A DNA stretch of 32,907 nucleotides from Sarea resinae (GCA_026026165.1 JAPEUD010000122.1:1-32907); one strand, 5' to 3'; shown: positions 1 through 12,710, numbered from the stretch's first letter. Notes: generated by a model not told the origin, from the letters alone. Numbers and translations are program-made.

Positions 1-341
1 GGGGTAAAGAGCGTAAGAAGGTCTGGAAGGCAGAAGTTGCTAGAAGATATTAGGAAAGGGGATTAGCAAGGTCGGATGACGTAGATCAGATCTGAAACAA
101 GAAGGAAGAAAGAGAAAGAAGAGAGGATTGGAAATGAAGTTGAAGATGGATGATTCTACTGTGTTTGTACTTGTTGTATTCGTGCTGTACTGTGTCTAGA
201 GGGTTGGATAGGGTGGGGAAAGAGGGGGGAAAGGGGGGTAAGGAGGGGGGAGGGATGCTTTTTTCTTTTCGTCGGCTATAGTGAGTATAGAGAAGGAAAG
301 GAAAAGAGTGGTGTAGGGAGAGCATAGTGTAGAAATGAGGT

Positions 342-344
<3 letters not shown>

Positions 345-384
<40 letters not shown>
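345..384. repeat. (GA)n microsatellite
   Basis: Uninterrupted GA run of about 20 units. Confidence 0.95.
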
Positions 385-388
<4 letters not shown>

Positions 389-576
389 AGAAGAGGTAGA
401 AAGAGGGGATCAAAGATACAGATGTATTATTATTTAGTAGTCAGCTATTATCTTTATCTTTACCTACCTAGGTGAAATTACTCTCTCTTTTTTACCTTTC
501 TTTTTCACCTTTCTTCTATCCTTCTCTCCTCTGACTTCTCTTCTCTAACTGACTTTTTCTTTTCTTTTCTACTTTT

Positions 577-659
577 TCTTCTTCTTCTTCTTCTTCTTCT
601 TCTTCTTCTTCTTCTTCTTCTTCTTCTTCTTCTTCTTCTTCTTCTTCTTCTTCTTCTTC
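577..659. repeat. (CTT)n microsatellite
   Basis: About 27 tandem CTT units. Confidence 0.95.
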
Positions 660-1200
660 CTCTCTATCTCTATGTTAAAATCGAGATTAAAAGTAGCGAG
701 GAAGTTTAGAAGAGAGAGAGAGATATATATATATATATCTATAGAAGAGAAGGTGTTTATTTACTTACTTACTTACTTACCTTACCTATTTATCTACCTA
801 CTTACTTACTTAGGTATATAGAGAATAGAGAATAGAGAATAGAGAATAGAAAAGGTAGGTAAGTAGATAGGTAGGTAGATAAATCTAGTAGAAGAAAGAT
901 AGGAGGATAGATAAGGTAGTAAAGGATAAGGTAGTAAGAGATATAGTAGTAAGAGATAGATTGTAGAGCATAGATATATAGAACAGTGATAGACAGAAGA
1001 TATAGAGAGACTAGTTAGGAAAGTAATATAGAAGACTTGTACTAGAGATAGAAGATAGAGAGAAAGGATAGAGCAGATAGAGAGAGCGACACAAAACAGA
1101 GAAGGGAGTTAAGAGAGAGAGGATAGAGAGAGAGATAGAAAGATAGAAAGATATAGCACGAATAGATAAATCAGCTAAGAAAAGAGGAAACACAAACAAA
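660..1200. other. TpA-rich low-complexity spacer with short tandem repeats (TTAC, AGAAT, TAGG); RIP-like composition
   Basis: CpA/TpG are visibly scarce while TA/TAG/CTA are abundant; no credible ORF. Confidence 0.6.
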
Positions 1201-1481
1201 AGAAAAAAACAAAATCAAAAAGCAAGAAGCATAAGACCTAATAAAAAAAAACAAAAGCAAAAGAAAAAGGAGACGCTGACCAGCAGCGAGCGTTCCTTGC
1301 CATACAATACTACCTTTTACGACCTTATACCATCTGTCGTGCACCCTACTCACCCACCTACCCACCTACCTTTCTCCTCCATCTTATGACCTCCTACTAC
1401 CCTCTATCTGTCTAGCTGTCTAGCTGTCTATAAGCCTTAGTGCCACAGCAGCACTAACTGGTCAACGGCGCGTCCGGGGGA

Positions 1482-1484
<3 letters not shown>

Positions 1485-1528
<44 letters not shown>
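1485..1528 (+). repeat. 44-nt poly-G tract
   Basis: Homopolymer run read directly from the sequence. Confidence 0.9.
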
Positions 1529-1530
<2 letters not shown>

Positions 1531-1589
1531 TCTCAATGGGTGGAGATGGGATGGGCTCATCGATGGCCGTTGGACTCAACCACCCTAGC

Positions 1590-2606
1590 CTATCCCCAGG
1601 CCCAAACTTGCCGCCTGGAGCGCCGGAGCTGGCGCGCGTATTTCTGGTCTTCGGCCTCGGATTCTGATTGCTGCTGCTGAGAGGTGGTAGTAGGAGGGGT
1701 AGGGGTAGGGGTGGTGGTAGAGGGAGTGGGAGCGGGAGAGACGGCCGTGATGTAGCCTTTTTGCGGCGTGAGATAGACGGGCGCTGGCTTGGTGATGGGG
1801 AGGGTGGGGTTCGGGAGGGGTGGAGGGGAGGAGGAGGAGGAAGAGGAAGAGGAGGAGGAGGAGGAGGGAGGGTGGGGATGGGGATGGGGATGGAGATGGG
1901 AGTGGGACTTGGGCTTAGCGGAGGTGGCAGGAGACACAGTGCGGCTGGGCACGTTGTGGCGAGGGACACGAGCCGAAGAAGCAGGAGAACAAGAACGGGG
2001 CAGCAAAACACCCCCGTCAGACGTACACGACGAGTCATCCGAGAACCAAGACGGGGGTATACTCTCGTGGTCCTTGTTGCTGCTGTTGTTCTTCTTATTG
2101 CTGTGGCGCAGGTTCGCCTCGGTCAACAACAAAGGCATGGGCATGGGTACCGGGGGAATATACGAAGAGCCGATCTCCACTGGGGAGGAGTTCAGCGCCG
2201 ACTGTGCGAGGTGCGCCGGGTAGAGATTACGCGAGGATTTCAGCAGCTGGGGCAGCCCCGGGGTAGCGGGGAGTTCGATCGGCGACGTGTTGATGTATGT
2301 GCCATCGGTGCGGAAGGGGTGAGGGTAAGTGCGAACATGGACATGGTGGTGTTGGTGGTCAGGGTTATGGCGTTGGGGATAGGTAGTGCCATCGTTGTTA
2401 TGGAGTGACGATACGGCAGCCCCCTCTTCTTCTACTACGGTTTCCAAGCGGAGATGCATTTGCTGCTTCTGTGACTCGTTGTCGTCGTCGTAGAGCTCAG
2501 AAGTCAGCATCAGGTCGTGCTCGCTGGGGGAGAGCGTGCTCACAACGGTGGGCGCCGCCTCGCCGGCCTGCGGCGTGTTGACGTGCTGCGAGGGAGAGTT
2601 AGACAT
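1590..2606 (-). CDS. Hypothetical low-complexity Ser/Pro/His-rich protein (338 aa)
   Basis: ATG-initiated ORF in good context (CACCATG), longest ORF in the area, with composition typical of fungal disordered proteins. No recognisable domain. Confidence 0.45.
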   Translation of the reverse strand: MSNSPSQHVNTPQAGEAAPTVVSTLSPSEHDLMLTSELYDDDNESQKQQMHLRLETVVEEEGAAVSSLHNNDGTTYPQRHNPDHQHHHVHVRTYPHPFRTDGTYINTSPIELPATPGLPQLLKSSRNLYPAHLAQSALNSSPVEIGSSYIPPVPMPMPLLLTEANLRHSNKKNNSSNKDHESIPPSWFSDDSSCTSDGGVLLPRSCSPASSARVPRHNVPSRTVSPATSAKPKSHSHLHPHPHPHPPSSSSSSSSSSSSSPPPLPNPTLPITKPAPVYLTPQKGYITAVSPAPTPSTTTPTPTPPTTTSQQQQSESEAEDQKYARQLRRSRRQVWAWG

Positions 2607-3941
2607 GGTGCAGGAGTGCTATTGTGCGGGGTGATATTGTGGAAAGTTGGCAGAAGATATCTTGTTAGGAAAAGCGGATGGGGATCTCGACCTGCGAGGG
2701 CGGGACTGGTGATCGGTGATTTTTGGAAGAAGCTTCGGGACGATGGTTTGGCTATCAAAGACAAGTTGCAACGACCAGGAGTTCCTTGGGGAGAGATGGG
2801 AAGATTGGGGGGATTTGGGGGGGATTTATGTTGGCGGAGAGGATGCTGTTCAGGAATATGTGCTGTGCCTGTTCAGGAGAACAAGCGTGCGTCCGCTGTT
2901 GTTCACCTCTTTGTTCAAGGTAGGCTTATTCGGCGTTCAACAACATCTTCTCACTGTTCACCCGGGAGTATCACTCAAGGAATTTGCTCGAAGAGGGGAG
3001 GACTGGTGCTTTGTTTTGCAACGCCGAAACACGGACAAATACATGACAGATCGACAAGCAATAAAAGAGCAAAGGATAGACAGAGGCTCTTCTCCCAGCT
3101 CGATGAGAGCCGCAGACACACTCATGTGCCGACATCTAAATTACGAAGCCATCGTCGAGAAGAGATGGACCCGTACTCAAAGAGCGTCGAGGAAGTCTGT
3201 CTTGTCTCGTACGACCGGACCGTTGGACGGGCCGGCGCATCCAGCTCAAGGTCTGATGATGAAGGCATCGGATCGAGCGAGGCCGGAGACGTGGAGTTGT
3301 CCAAGGTAAGCAGGACCGGGGGAGAGGCAGATTGGATGTACGTAGAAATGAAGAGGGCGAGGTGACAGAAGGGGACGGGTTGTGCGGATGTGATAGGGTC
3401 AAAGAAGAGAGCATTATGCAGAACAAAGCATTATGCCGAACAAAGATGATGGAGCTGTCATTGTTCGCGAGTGATATACATGTTGTTGTTGTTTTTTTGA
3501 TGTTCATCTGGACTGGAGGATCAAGGCATGATGGTGATGGTCCTGTTCGATGTTCGAGAACAATAGAAGAAAGGTCCGCCACGTGACGGGAGAGGCACGT
3601 GTCGGGCGAGTTGCTCGAAGGGAGCCGGGAGTCACCAAGAGCCCGAGACCTTTCGAGGTTGTCTCATGCGTCGGGCACCTCAGACATCAGACATTGGATG
3701 CAACGGCATGATCGAGCCAATCCGTAGGTATGGATGTGTGCCCGGCGTGTGAAGGTGGCTTGAACCCTTATCAATCTAATCGGGCCATCGTGGCCGACTC
3801 CTTTCTCGTGCCGGCCGGGGGGCGCATGACTCGTCGACTTGTCCGCTTTGAGCTGACGACGCCGCCAAGACCATCCATGGATGCCAAGCCAAGGAGGTGC
3901 AAATTCTCGTATTGCGTATTGCCTCTGGTCGGATCGGACGC

Positions 3942-3985
3942 AGTACTACGGAGTACTACGGAGTACTACGGAGTACTATGAGTAC
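3942..3985. repeat. 10-bp tandem repeat (GAGTACTACG), about 4 copies
   Basis: cagtactacg gagtactacg gagtactacg gagtactatg agtac. Confidence 0.85.
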
Positions 3986-4873
3986 ATAGGATGTTCCAAT
4001 GCCACCTCTCAATATCGAGACGCCTGACACGATGATGCTCAACACCCTCTGTCGGCTGTCATCCTGCGCAGTAGCTTCGTACCTATAAGTACTGCGCGAC
4101 CGGTGATTGTCCGTGTCGCTCGTCTCCCCCGTCAGCGGCGTCTTTAACGTTGGTGTACCTGGCAGCGGGCAGTGGGCAGCCAGGGTCTGCGCTAATCTTA
4201 TCTATCGGATCGGCTGTCTCTGCATCTGCTGTCTGTCTGTCCCGAACCCGCCAGCCATTTCCGATGGACGTTGGAGAGCCTTGGGGGTCATGATCCAGGC
4301 GATCCAGGCGATCCAGGCGGAGAGGGACATGGAGATGGAGCCATGGATGTGCTATAGAGGAAACAGAGGGGGATCTCCATCATACATAGCATAGGCCGTA
4401 GCGTATTCGAGGATTCGACTGACAGAGCGCTTTCCCCCTCCGTTTCCGCTCGAACCATGAGCCAAGACTTTCGGGCACGGCCAGCAGGGATTCCCGCGCC
4501 TGGACTTGTGCTCGCAATCATCGACGCCAAGTCGGCGGACACCTCCTGAACTAATCAACGTGATATGACGGCGGCCCGTCGTCCGTCTCACTCGTCCGCT
4601 ACTTCCGCCCGTTCACCGTACTACTGCTGTCTGTCTGTCTGTCGGTCGGTCGGTCTCGTGCCGTGCTACTCTATTCGGACACGATGCCTTCATCTTCATC
4701 TGCAGCGCTCCGCTAGACCACCCAAGACACCAGCCCTCTCATCTGTAGCCGGATACCATCGATGCATGAGAGACCAGGCAGGACGCTGACTCTTTCTACG
4801 CCCGACGACTCGCCTTCTTCCCTTCGGTCCTTTCCGTCATGATACTGTTCCTTCGCCGCTGGACCCATCGCTC

Positions 4874-7804
4874 ATGATCCTTCGTGCCGCCAAGATGGCT
4901 CCCGCTCCGAGGTGGCGCGCCCGGATGCCAACCCGATCGCAACTCTTCCACAAGAGCTTTTTGGTTCTGTTCGTGGGCGTGGTCGTCTCGGCCCTGTATC
5001 GCTACATATGGCTGGGTGAGTTGGGATCGGCATGGACGAGAAATTTCAGAGCAGAGACTGACGGCGAGCAGATACCACGGATCCATTCAAATGCGAGGCT
5101 CTCAAGAACGGAGGACGATGGCTCGACCCTCCGCAGGGCCCGTATCTCAACCGCCCATACCAGAACTGGCAACCAGAGGGTTGTGTCATGCACGAATACA
5201 AGAGCCCGGACATTCGCAGCTGCCTCGAACATAAGCGGCTGGTCTTTGCGGGCGATTCGACCGTTCGACAGCTGTTCTGGGCCGTGGCCAAAAAACTGGA
5301 CAAGGGCAAGGCTACCAAGGAAAAGCGCTTGTCACACAAACACAGGGACCTCGAGTTCGCCAAGAATGGCGTGGAATTGAAATTCTTGTGGGACCCGTAT
5401 CTCAACTCGTCAACGCTCCACGACGAACTGGAAGCTTTCTCGGGAAAGAAATCCGGCGACGGGAAGACGGAGGGGGCTTCGCTGATGTTAATTGGGGCCG
5501 GGCTTTGGTTCGCCAGACACATTCCTCTGAACACGCAAAAGGCTTTCAAAGATGCAATCGACAGCATCGTTCCATATGCGGCCTCTTCTCCGAGAGAAAT
5601 GCCTTCCAACCTGGCATCGGGGCTGTCTAGAGGCGTGGGACCGGCAAGCCTGGTCTTTGCGCCCGTCATGGTGCCATATTATGACAAGCTCTCTCCCTCG
5701 CGAGAGCTCACGCTCACGCCGGAGAAGATCGACCCGATGAACGAGTATCTCCAGCAGCTATCGGTAAACCAAGGCGTCGAAGTCCTCTGGAGCTATGCCG
5801 AGATGATGTCCATCCGGTCGACCTACGCTGAAAGCGGCATCCATGTCATTGAGAATGTCGCGATTCGAAAAGCAGATGTTCTCTTGAACCTCAAATGCAA
5901 CGCCCAGGCTCAGGCAGACGGGCACTTTCCGTACAACCGGACCTGCTGCAGCAATTACACGTCTCCGAACTGGGTACAGTGGGTGTTCTTGCTCGGGGGG
6001 GGTGGCCTGCTGCCCGTGTTGAACAGCATCGGTGTTCGAGACCGACGGCTCCTACCATCGGCCCGTGTACTTCGTGCAGCCATGATCTTCGCCGCAATCC
6101 TGTGCTACTGCTTCTACGCGGATCGAACACAGATCTTCAACAAGATCCAGAAACAATATGTGTCCAAGGAATTCCTCACTCTGAGCGGCTTCACACTCCT
6201 TCTCGGCATTCTGTCCATCCGCCGTTCGTCGGTGAAGCTCGACGGGCAAGGCAAGCCCGCAGACCAGCCCATGCTGTCCAGAGACCAGACCGAGGAATGG
6301 AAGGGATGGATGCAGTTTGGAATTCTGATCTACCATCTCACGGGCGCGTCCCAGGTGCTGTGGATCTACGAGATCATCCGATTGCTGGTGGCCTCGTATC
6401 TTTTCATGACCGGATTCGGCCATACCATCTACTTTTACACCAAGAGAGACTACTCCCTGCGGAGAGTGGCGAGCGTACTGATCCGACTCAACCTCCTCAG
6501 CTGTACTCTGCCGTACGTGATGCACACGGACTACCTTTTCTATTATTTCGCGCCCCTGGTCAGCTTTTGGTTTTTGGTCGTCTACGCAACCATGCGGATC
6601 GGCCACGAGAGAAACAAATCCCCACTGTTTCTCATCGGCAAGATCGTCTGCTCGGCCATCCTCGTCACTCTCTTTACCAAAGTCCCGCACGTTCTCGAGG
6701 TTGTCTTTACGATCCTGAGATATACCTGCCGCATCCACTGGGACGTCAACGAATGGCGGTTCCGCGTCTTCCTCGACATGTTCATCGTCTACGTCGGCAT
6801 GCTCGCGGCAATGCTCTACGTCTCCTTGACGGCTTTGTTTTCCCACCACCACACGCACGCCTACACGAAAAAGAACGCCCTCCTTGCCCGAGTCAAACCC
6901 TACCTGCCCCTGCTCCGAGCTCTCCTCATCCTTTTTGCTTTGATAATCCTCCCGGCATTCTGGTCGCTGACGCGGCGGTCGCCGGATAAATACGACTACA
7001 ATTGGTGGCAGCCGTACATTTCCTTTCTGCCGATCCTGGCCTTTGTAGTCTTGCGCAACAGCCACCGCCACCTGCGCAACTTCCACTCGTCCATCTACGC
7101 CTTCATCGGCCGCTGCTCGCTCGAGACGTTTACCCTGCAATTCCACATCTGGCTCGCGGGCGACACGCGCGGCCTGCTCAGCCTCGGGCTCACGCACGAC
7201 CGCGGCACGGACCGGCCGAACCGGTGGAAGGAGTTTGCGGCGATTACGGTGGTGTTTCTGTGGCTCAGCTGGTGCTGTGCGGCTGCGACGGCGGTGCTGA
7301 CGAGGTGGATCGTCGACGGGGGCGATGTCGCAGGGCCTTCTGCTGTTGGTTCTGCTACCGCTTCAGCCAGGAAGACCGACGAGAGGAAGCGGCCGATGGA
7401 GGAGGACGACGACGACGAAGAGCAACAGGAGATGCAATTGCCTCTGACGGCACCCGCGGCTACCACATCCACATCCTCGTCGACCTCTACGTCTGCCCCC
7501 GCCAATGGCAACGGATACGCCAACGGCCACGCGGCGGGCCACCACGAGCGCCACCTGAGCCAGAGCTACAGCTATCCCCACTCGCATTCGAACGCGCCTG
7601 CTCACCGCGGCGGCATCCCCGCCACGCGTCTGGGCCGGCTGGTGCGCCGCTGGAAGCAGGACCTCCGGGTGCGCATCCTGGTGCTGCTGGGGGCGATGTG
7701 GGTCTGTAATATAGTAAGTCGCGTGTCCGTTTTGTTTGGTGGTGATGCTACGATGTTGTGTTACCGCGAGTGCTAATATTTTGTTATAGTTGTATACTTC
7801 TTGA
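4874..7804 (+). CDS. CAS1: Cas1p/CASD1-family O-acetyltransferase (SGNH-like domain plus 10-TM acyltransferase), about 932 aa
   Basis: Exons 4874-5015, 5072-7713, 7790-7804. Introns GTGAGT..CTGAC..CAG (5016-5071) and GTAAGT..CTAAT..TAG (7714-7789) join in frame. Motifs WQPEGC, FAGDSTVR (GDS), LSRDQTEEWKGWMQ, YLFMTGFGH, YYFAPL, EWRFR, SLETFTLQFHIWL. Confidence 0.93.
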
Positions 7805-7852
7805 CTGCTTGCATTGAAGCGAATAGAAAGCCCTCTTTCTCCACCTCTATCC

Positions 7853-8390
7853 CTCTCGCGCCGCATCCTTTCTTTTGTACGATGCACCTCTTTGACGTTG
7901 GCTGCTAGCTGTCCTTGTCTGGCTACTAGGTGGCTGCTAGCTGCCCTCTATAGACGACCTAGCTGCCTGCCCGCCTGTATAGCTGCATAGCTACCTATAT
8001 AGCTACCTACAGTACATACCTAAACACCTACCTACCTACCTAAATAGTACACACCTTGTTAGCTATACATATCACCTCCTTTTTCAACCTATGCTACCTC
8101 TTAACCTCTCTACCTACTCTACCTCTCTCGCGCCGCATCCTTTTTTTTTTGTACGATGTACCTCTTAGACTTTTTAGCTACTAGCTAGCTGCCCTCTATA
8201 GACGATTTGGCTGCCTGTGTATCTGCCTGCCTATCTGGTTGCCCGCCTATCTGCCTGCCTACCTATATAGCTGTATAGCTACCTAAAGACCTAGCTATAT
8301 ACCTTACATAGCTACCTACATACTAACGCACATACCTACATACCTAAACAGACACCTTATTAGCTAAATATAAGCTCCTTTTTTAAACCT
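7853..8390. repeat. Diverged tandem duplication, period about 272 bp
   Basis: ctctcgcgccgcatccttt..ttttgtacgatg(c/t)acctctt starts at both 7853 and 8125; further shared blocks (ctgccctctatagacga, tatagctg(c/t)atagctacct, cctt(g/a)ttagcta) follow in the same order. Confidence 0.85.
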
Positions 8391-9201
8391 ACTCTACCTA
8401 CTCTACCTATTTAACCTACTCTGCCTCCTCTACTCTCTACCTCTCTACCTTTCTATATCTCCTTTCTCTATAGAATATAAAAAGGAAAAAAAAAAAAGGA
8501 AAAAAAAAAAGAAAAAGAAGAATAAAAAAGGAATAAAAACTACACTAGGATAGGAGTTCGAGATCTTTTGTCTACCTATAGTAGTAGGTAGGTAGATTTT
8601 GTTTTCTATATTAGGATAGTTAGATAAGACTATAGGAGCGTAGGAGAGTAGGAGAGTAGGAGAGTAAGAGAGAGAGAGAAGGAGAGAAGGAGAGAAGGAG
8701 AGTATGAGTAAGAGAGTGACTAATTAACGGTGAGTAAATGGTCAACTAAGAGAGAGAGAGTGTGTAGTTTAGACAGTAAGGAATTATCGATGTGACATTG
8801 ACGAAACCGTTGATTTAAAGTGAGTGAGTGAGTGAGTGAGTGATCAAGTGGTTCAGAGGTCAACTAGTTGATCGGTTCATTAGTTGATTGATTAAGTGAG
8901 TGAGTGAGTATATTGATAGAGATAGATATCGAGTGAGCAAGAGAGTGAGTGAGAGAGTGACCAATCGACCACCAAACCCACCAGCACGGCCAAAGAGCAG
9001 AGTGCAAAACAGGGCATCCATCCGAGCCGTAGTTCCAACCCATTCGAACCCAACCAGTCTAGTCTAATCCAATACAGTACAACACGACACAATACAGCCG
9101 TCATGGAGTCCATTCCATACCAAAGGAACAGGCAAGCCGGCATGCCGCCAGAGGAAAAGAAGACCACCGACAAACGGAAAAAAGGCTCAGTCGGACCGAG
9201 T

Positions 9202-12103
9202 CTAAACATCGATCAAACGTTCCTCGGCCGCCGCGGGCGCTACTCGAGACTGCTGCCGCTGCTGCTCGTCTTGAGTGCTGCCGGGCCCGTCGTGACGAGA
9301 GTTAGAGCTAGATCGTTGGTGATGCTGGTGATATTGCTCGGCAGGCAGCGCATCGACAGGACTAGAGCCACGGCTTCCATTGCCGACCTCACCCTCACCC
9401 ACGCCTTCATTCTCCACTGCCGCATTCTCGCTGCCCCGTGCCTCACCCTCACCCACGCCCTCATTCTCCATTGGCGCATTCTCACCCTCCACCACCGCAT
9501 TCTCACTTTCCTCCGTCTCACGCCCTCTCTGCTCGAGCTCCCTCGCCTGCATCTGGGCTACTAAGCGGACCGCGTCGGCCTCTTCCTGCGCCGCAACGTG
9601 CCGCTCGCCAATCCCCGGGACCAAGCTCGCAAGAAACAAGAACAGAGCCCGCTCGATCCTACGACCGAATCCCTGGACAGCACCGCGATCTCGCTCTTGG
9701 CGTTCGCGGATGAGTCTTTCGGCTGCTGCTTGCGGGTCAGGCTCGGCTTGTGGCTCGGCATTTGCCGCAGCAGGCTGTGCATCTGCCTCATTTCCACGGA
9801 CAGGGGCAGCCGCAGCAGCACCACCTGCGGCCATAGGTGGACGTGCCACATTGTCTGGGGGCGGAAGTAGCCCGTCGAGATGGCGTCTAATGGGGTCCCA
9901 GATGGCGTGCTGTAAACTGGTAAATATGCCTACCTGATGCAGGAAGAAAATGAACGCTGAGATGAGGACGAGAATGGTGCGACGCCAGCCTCCGTTGCCG
10001 ATGAAAAAGTAAGCAATGCCGAAGACGCGAAAAATTAGCCAGAGGGGACCTCCCAGGGGCATGAAAAGACGAGCCAGTGCGTTGGGTCCATTTGGCGGCG
10101 GCTGCTGCTGCTGATGATCATGATGCTGTGGATGCTGCAGCTGAGCCTGCTGTTGGACCTGAGGAGCATCGGCTGGAGGATGTGCTGGTTGTTGTGGCTG
10201 TTGGCGGCTTTGGAGTTGTTCACGCAGTTGCGCCTGCATCTGTAGCAAAGCTCGTTGTTGTACGATCCGAGGGTCTTCCATGATGTTCAGGTGTTGGTGG
10301 GCGAATTGAAGATTGGGGGCCCCGTACTGCGGAGGACTAGCAAAGGTGCCTGAAGGCGAAAACAGCAAAGCCTGAGGCCCGGTTGGAGAAGCGAGAAGAT
10401 AGACCGAAGTAGAAGTAGGTTCGGACGGAGCTTCCGAAGGGGGAGCAGAGATGCTCTGTCTCATGGGTTGTGATGAGGGAGAAGAATCTCGTTGCGAAGC
10501 TGCAAGCATTTCGCGGTTGATTCGTCGAGTGTTTCTGACCTGTTCGGATCGTGCTGCAAGGTCCACTATCCGTCTATTAAAGACGGCCTCAAGCATATTG
10601 AGCTGATTGGGAAATGATGCTTGTTGAGAGCGGACGTTGGTAATATCTAGCTCGGAAGGAGCATCACCTCTCGCCAGACTGTTCTCAAGCCTCGTCAAGC
10701 GATGATGTAGCGTCAGTACCATCTCACTGAGCCTCTGACTCTCAGTTTGATTGATCCCCTGTAACGGAGATGGACTTCGCTGCTGAGACCATATATTTGG
10801 AACCTGAGGCTGGGCCTGAGGCCCCAAAAAGGAACCTTGGTGGATTGGAGCTCCATGCTGATGAGGCGGTCCATGCTGGTGAGGGGCTCCGTGCTGCTGA
10901 GGTACATGACGAGCTGTGGGTGGCCGATTTGGAAGCCCAGCTAAGCCACCGAATATCGTCTCCAATCCCGGAATCGGATTGTTGTTGAGCTGCCCGGGCT
11001 GACCTGCTTGTCCCAGACCGGCTAAGAGGTTAGGAATGGCTGCAGTGGTCTCGTTGATGGTTATATTCCATCGCTCCCCATTCGGTCCTAGGCCTTCTCT
11101 GACAGTGGTGTTCGTACGCGGTTGCATCAAAGGGTTTGGCGTAGTTGATTGACTCCGTGGAGGTTGCTGCGCTTGCTGACTTGCGTTGTTCGGATCAGTG
11201 CCTCGATGAGCTTCATCGCCGGTAAGCACTCCATGCAATCCCGAGGCGGCACGGGCTTGCTGTTGCTGAGCCACGAGCTGTTGAAACGTGGGCTGAGGTG
11301 GAGGATTGGCGCCTGGGTGTGGAGGTGGAATGTTTGCCGTCCCGTAAGACGGTAAAGGCTGACCGGGAAGCCGAGGAAGCTGCTGTATCTGGGCATGGGC
11401 GGGGCCTTGGCCGTGATTCTGGGCCAACGCTGCCGCCGCCGGATTGTTAAGGAGACTCTGGAACTGAGGGGCTAATGCACTAGGTGGAAGGATATGAGTC
11501 GCATTGTTGTAGAGACGGTGGTTTGGCTGATAGAGGTGCGGGTTTGGGTCTACCTGAGGCCGGCGCTCTTCGGGATCGCGGGCGCCCGAAGGCGAGCTCG
11601 TTCGCGACGATGATCGTGACGACATTCTCGGAACAGGCAATACAGGTCGTAACGAGGGGTTTTCTAACGGACGATTGAAAGACACTGGCTCCGAGGGAGT
11701 CGGGCGCAAGACGAGATGCAAGTTCTTTGGAGAGGGATCGTTGAGCTAGATGACAGTCAGCACCCGCTCGGAAGCAGCAAATGGGGCCGGGAGTTCCTAC
11801 CGCCTCTTGACCAAAGACATCGCTCATGCTGTCCGTGTCCTTGGCTAATAAATGGCCGCGGTGGATCAGCCGCTGCCTGTCCAAGGCGGGCTTGGAAGGC
11901 ACGGCATTCTGGATCATGTGCTTGAGCTCCAGCACCGTCGTCGTGGGAGAGATGGTGAACGACAGCAGATGAGGAACTTCGGTGGTCGAGGGCGAGAGGA
12001 CATGCAGAGAGATGGCCGGGCCGCTGGCGGACGACGACGACGACGAGGCATCAGAGGGCAGAGGGATGCCTCCATCTGCCGGTCTGCCTTCAGCCGCCAT
12101 CAT
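9202..12103 (-). CDS. N-terminal ubiquitin-like domain membrane protein, Usa1/HERP-like ERAD scaffold, about 948 aa
   Basis: Exons 12103-11801 and 11745-9202; 55-nt intron GTAGGA..CTGAC..TAG. UBL: ISLHVLSPS..TTVLELKHMI..QRLIHRGHLL..LHLVLR. Long Q/P-rich region, two hydrophobic helices (LWLIFRVFGIAYFF; TILVLISAFIFFL) and C-terminal LFLASLVPG motif. Confidence 0.82.
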
Positions 12104-12710
12104 GGGCCGACGCTTGCAGGCCTGAATAGCTTCACTTTACTCCGTCTCACGTCTCAGAGCAATTCAGCTCCTACGAGGTTGCGGTGTGAGAGGGGACATG
12201 AAAAGTCGGGCCATGAATCATGAATAAGAATGTCGAATGAGAGTGGAGGGGCGTAGGGGCATCGATGGTGATGTTGGACCTCGTGAGGGCCAGAGAATGC
12301 AGAAGATGCAGAGGATGCAGGTCGAAAGCGTCCACTTCGTCGACAATGATTGTTGATGTTCAGCTCGACCTTAGTGAAGGACACATTGGCCGATTCGGGG
12401 ACGATGAGCTCAGCAGGACGAAGTACCTCGCAATACTAACTCGGTGCGCCTGTACATTGATGATCCCATGCTTTGGCGAGCGAACGGATCCAATGCAATG
12501 GAAACATCATGGATCCCATCCAACCCATTCACGCCCCAACATCAACACCAACCTCTGCACCGTCAAGATCCGTAAACCTCAATTCCCCCCCCCACGACAT
12601 GGATCCATACACTCGCCATACAAGCTGCACATAGCAGGCCCTGGACACATCCAGCATCCGCGAGGACTCCTCACTCCCGTTCCAGCTCTGCCGTCGCAAG
12701 CAGCGCAACC

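Noticed and set aside
1454..2408. Overlapping Pro-rich, Gly/Arg-rich and Glu-rich ORFs
   Set aside because: Alternative frames produced by low-complexity G/C runs over the 338-aa ORF.
2517..4800. Several 60-280 aa ORFs between the orphan gene and CAS1
   Set aside because: Mostly non-ATG starts, no motifs and no consistent splice model; treated as divergent promoter/UTR sequence.
5895..7709. Long shadow ORFs (364, 381, 235 aa) over CAS1
   Set aside because: Expected from GC-rich third codon positions in the real CDS.
4874..7804. 'Cas1' as a CRISPR-associated integrase
   Set aside because: Name coincidence only: this is the capsule-synthesis Cas1p membrane acetyltransferase family. There is no repeat-spacer array in the window.
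9386..9500. 54-bp tandem repeat
   Set aside because: In-frame internal duplication (ENEGVGEGE) in the disordered tail of the Usa1-like protein, not a separate element.
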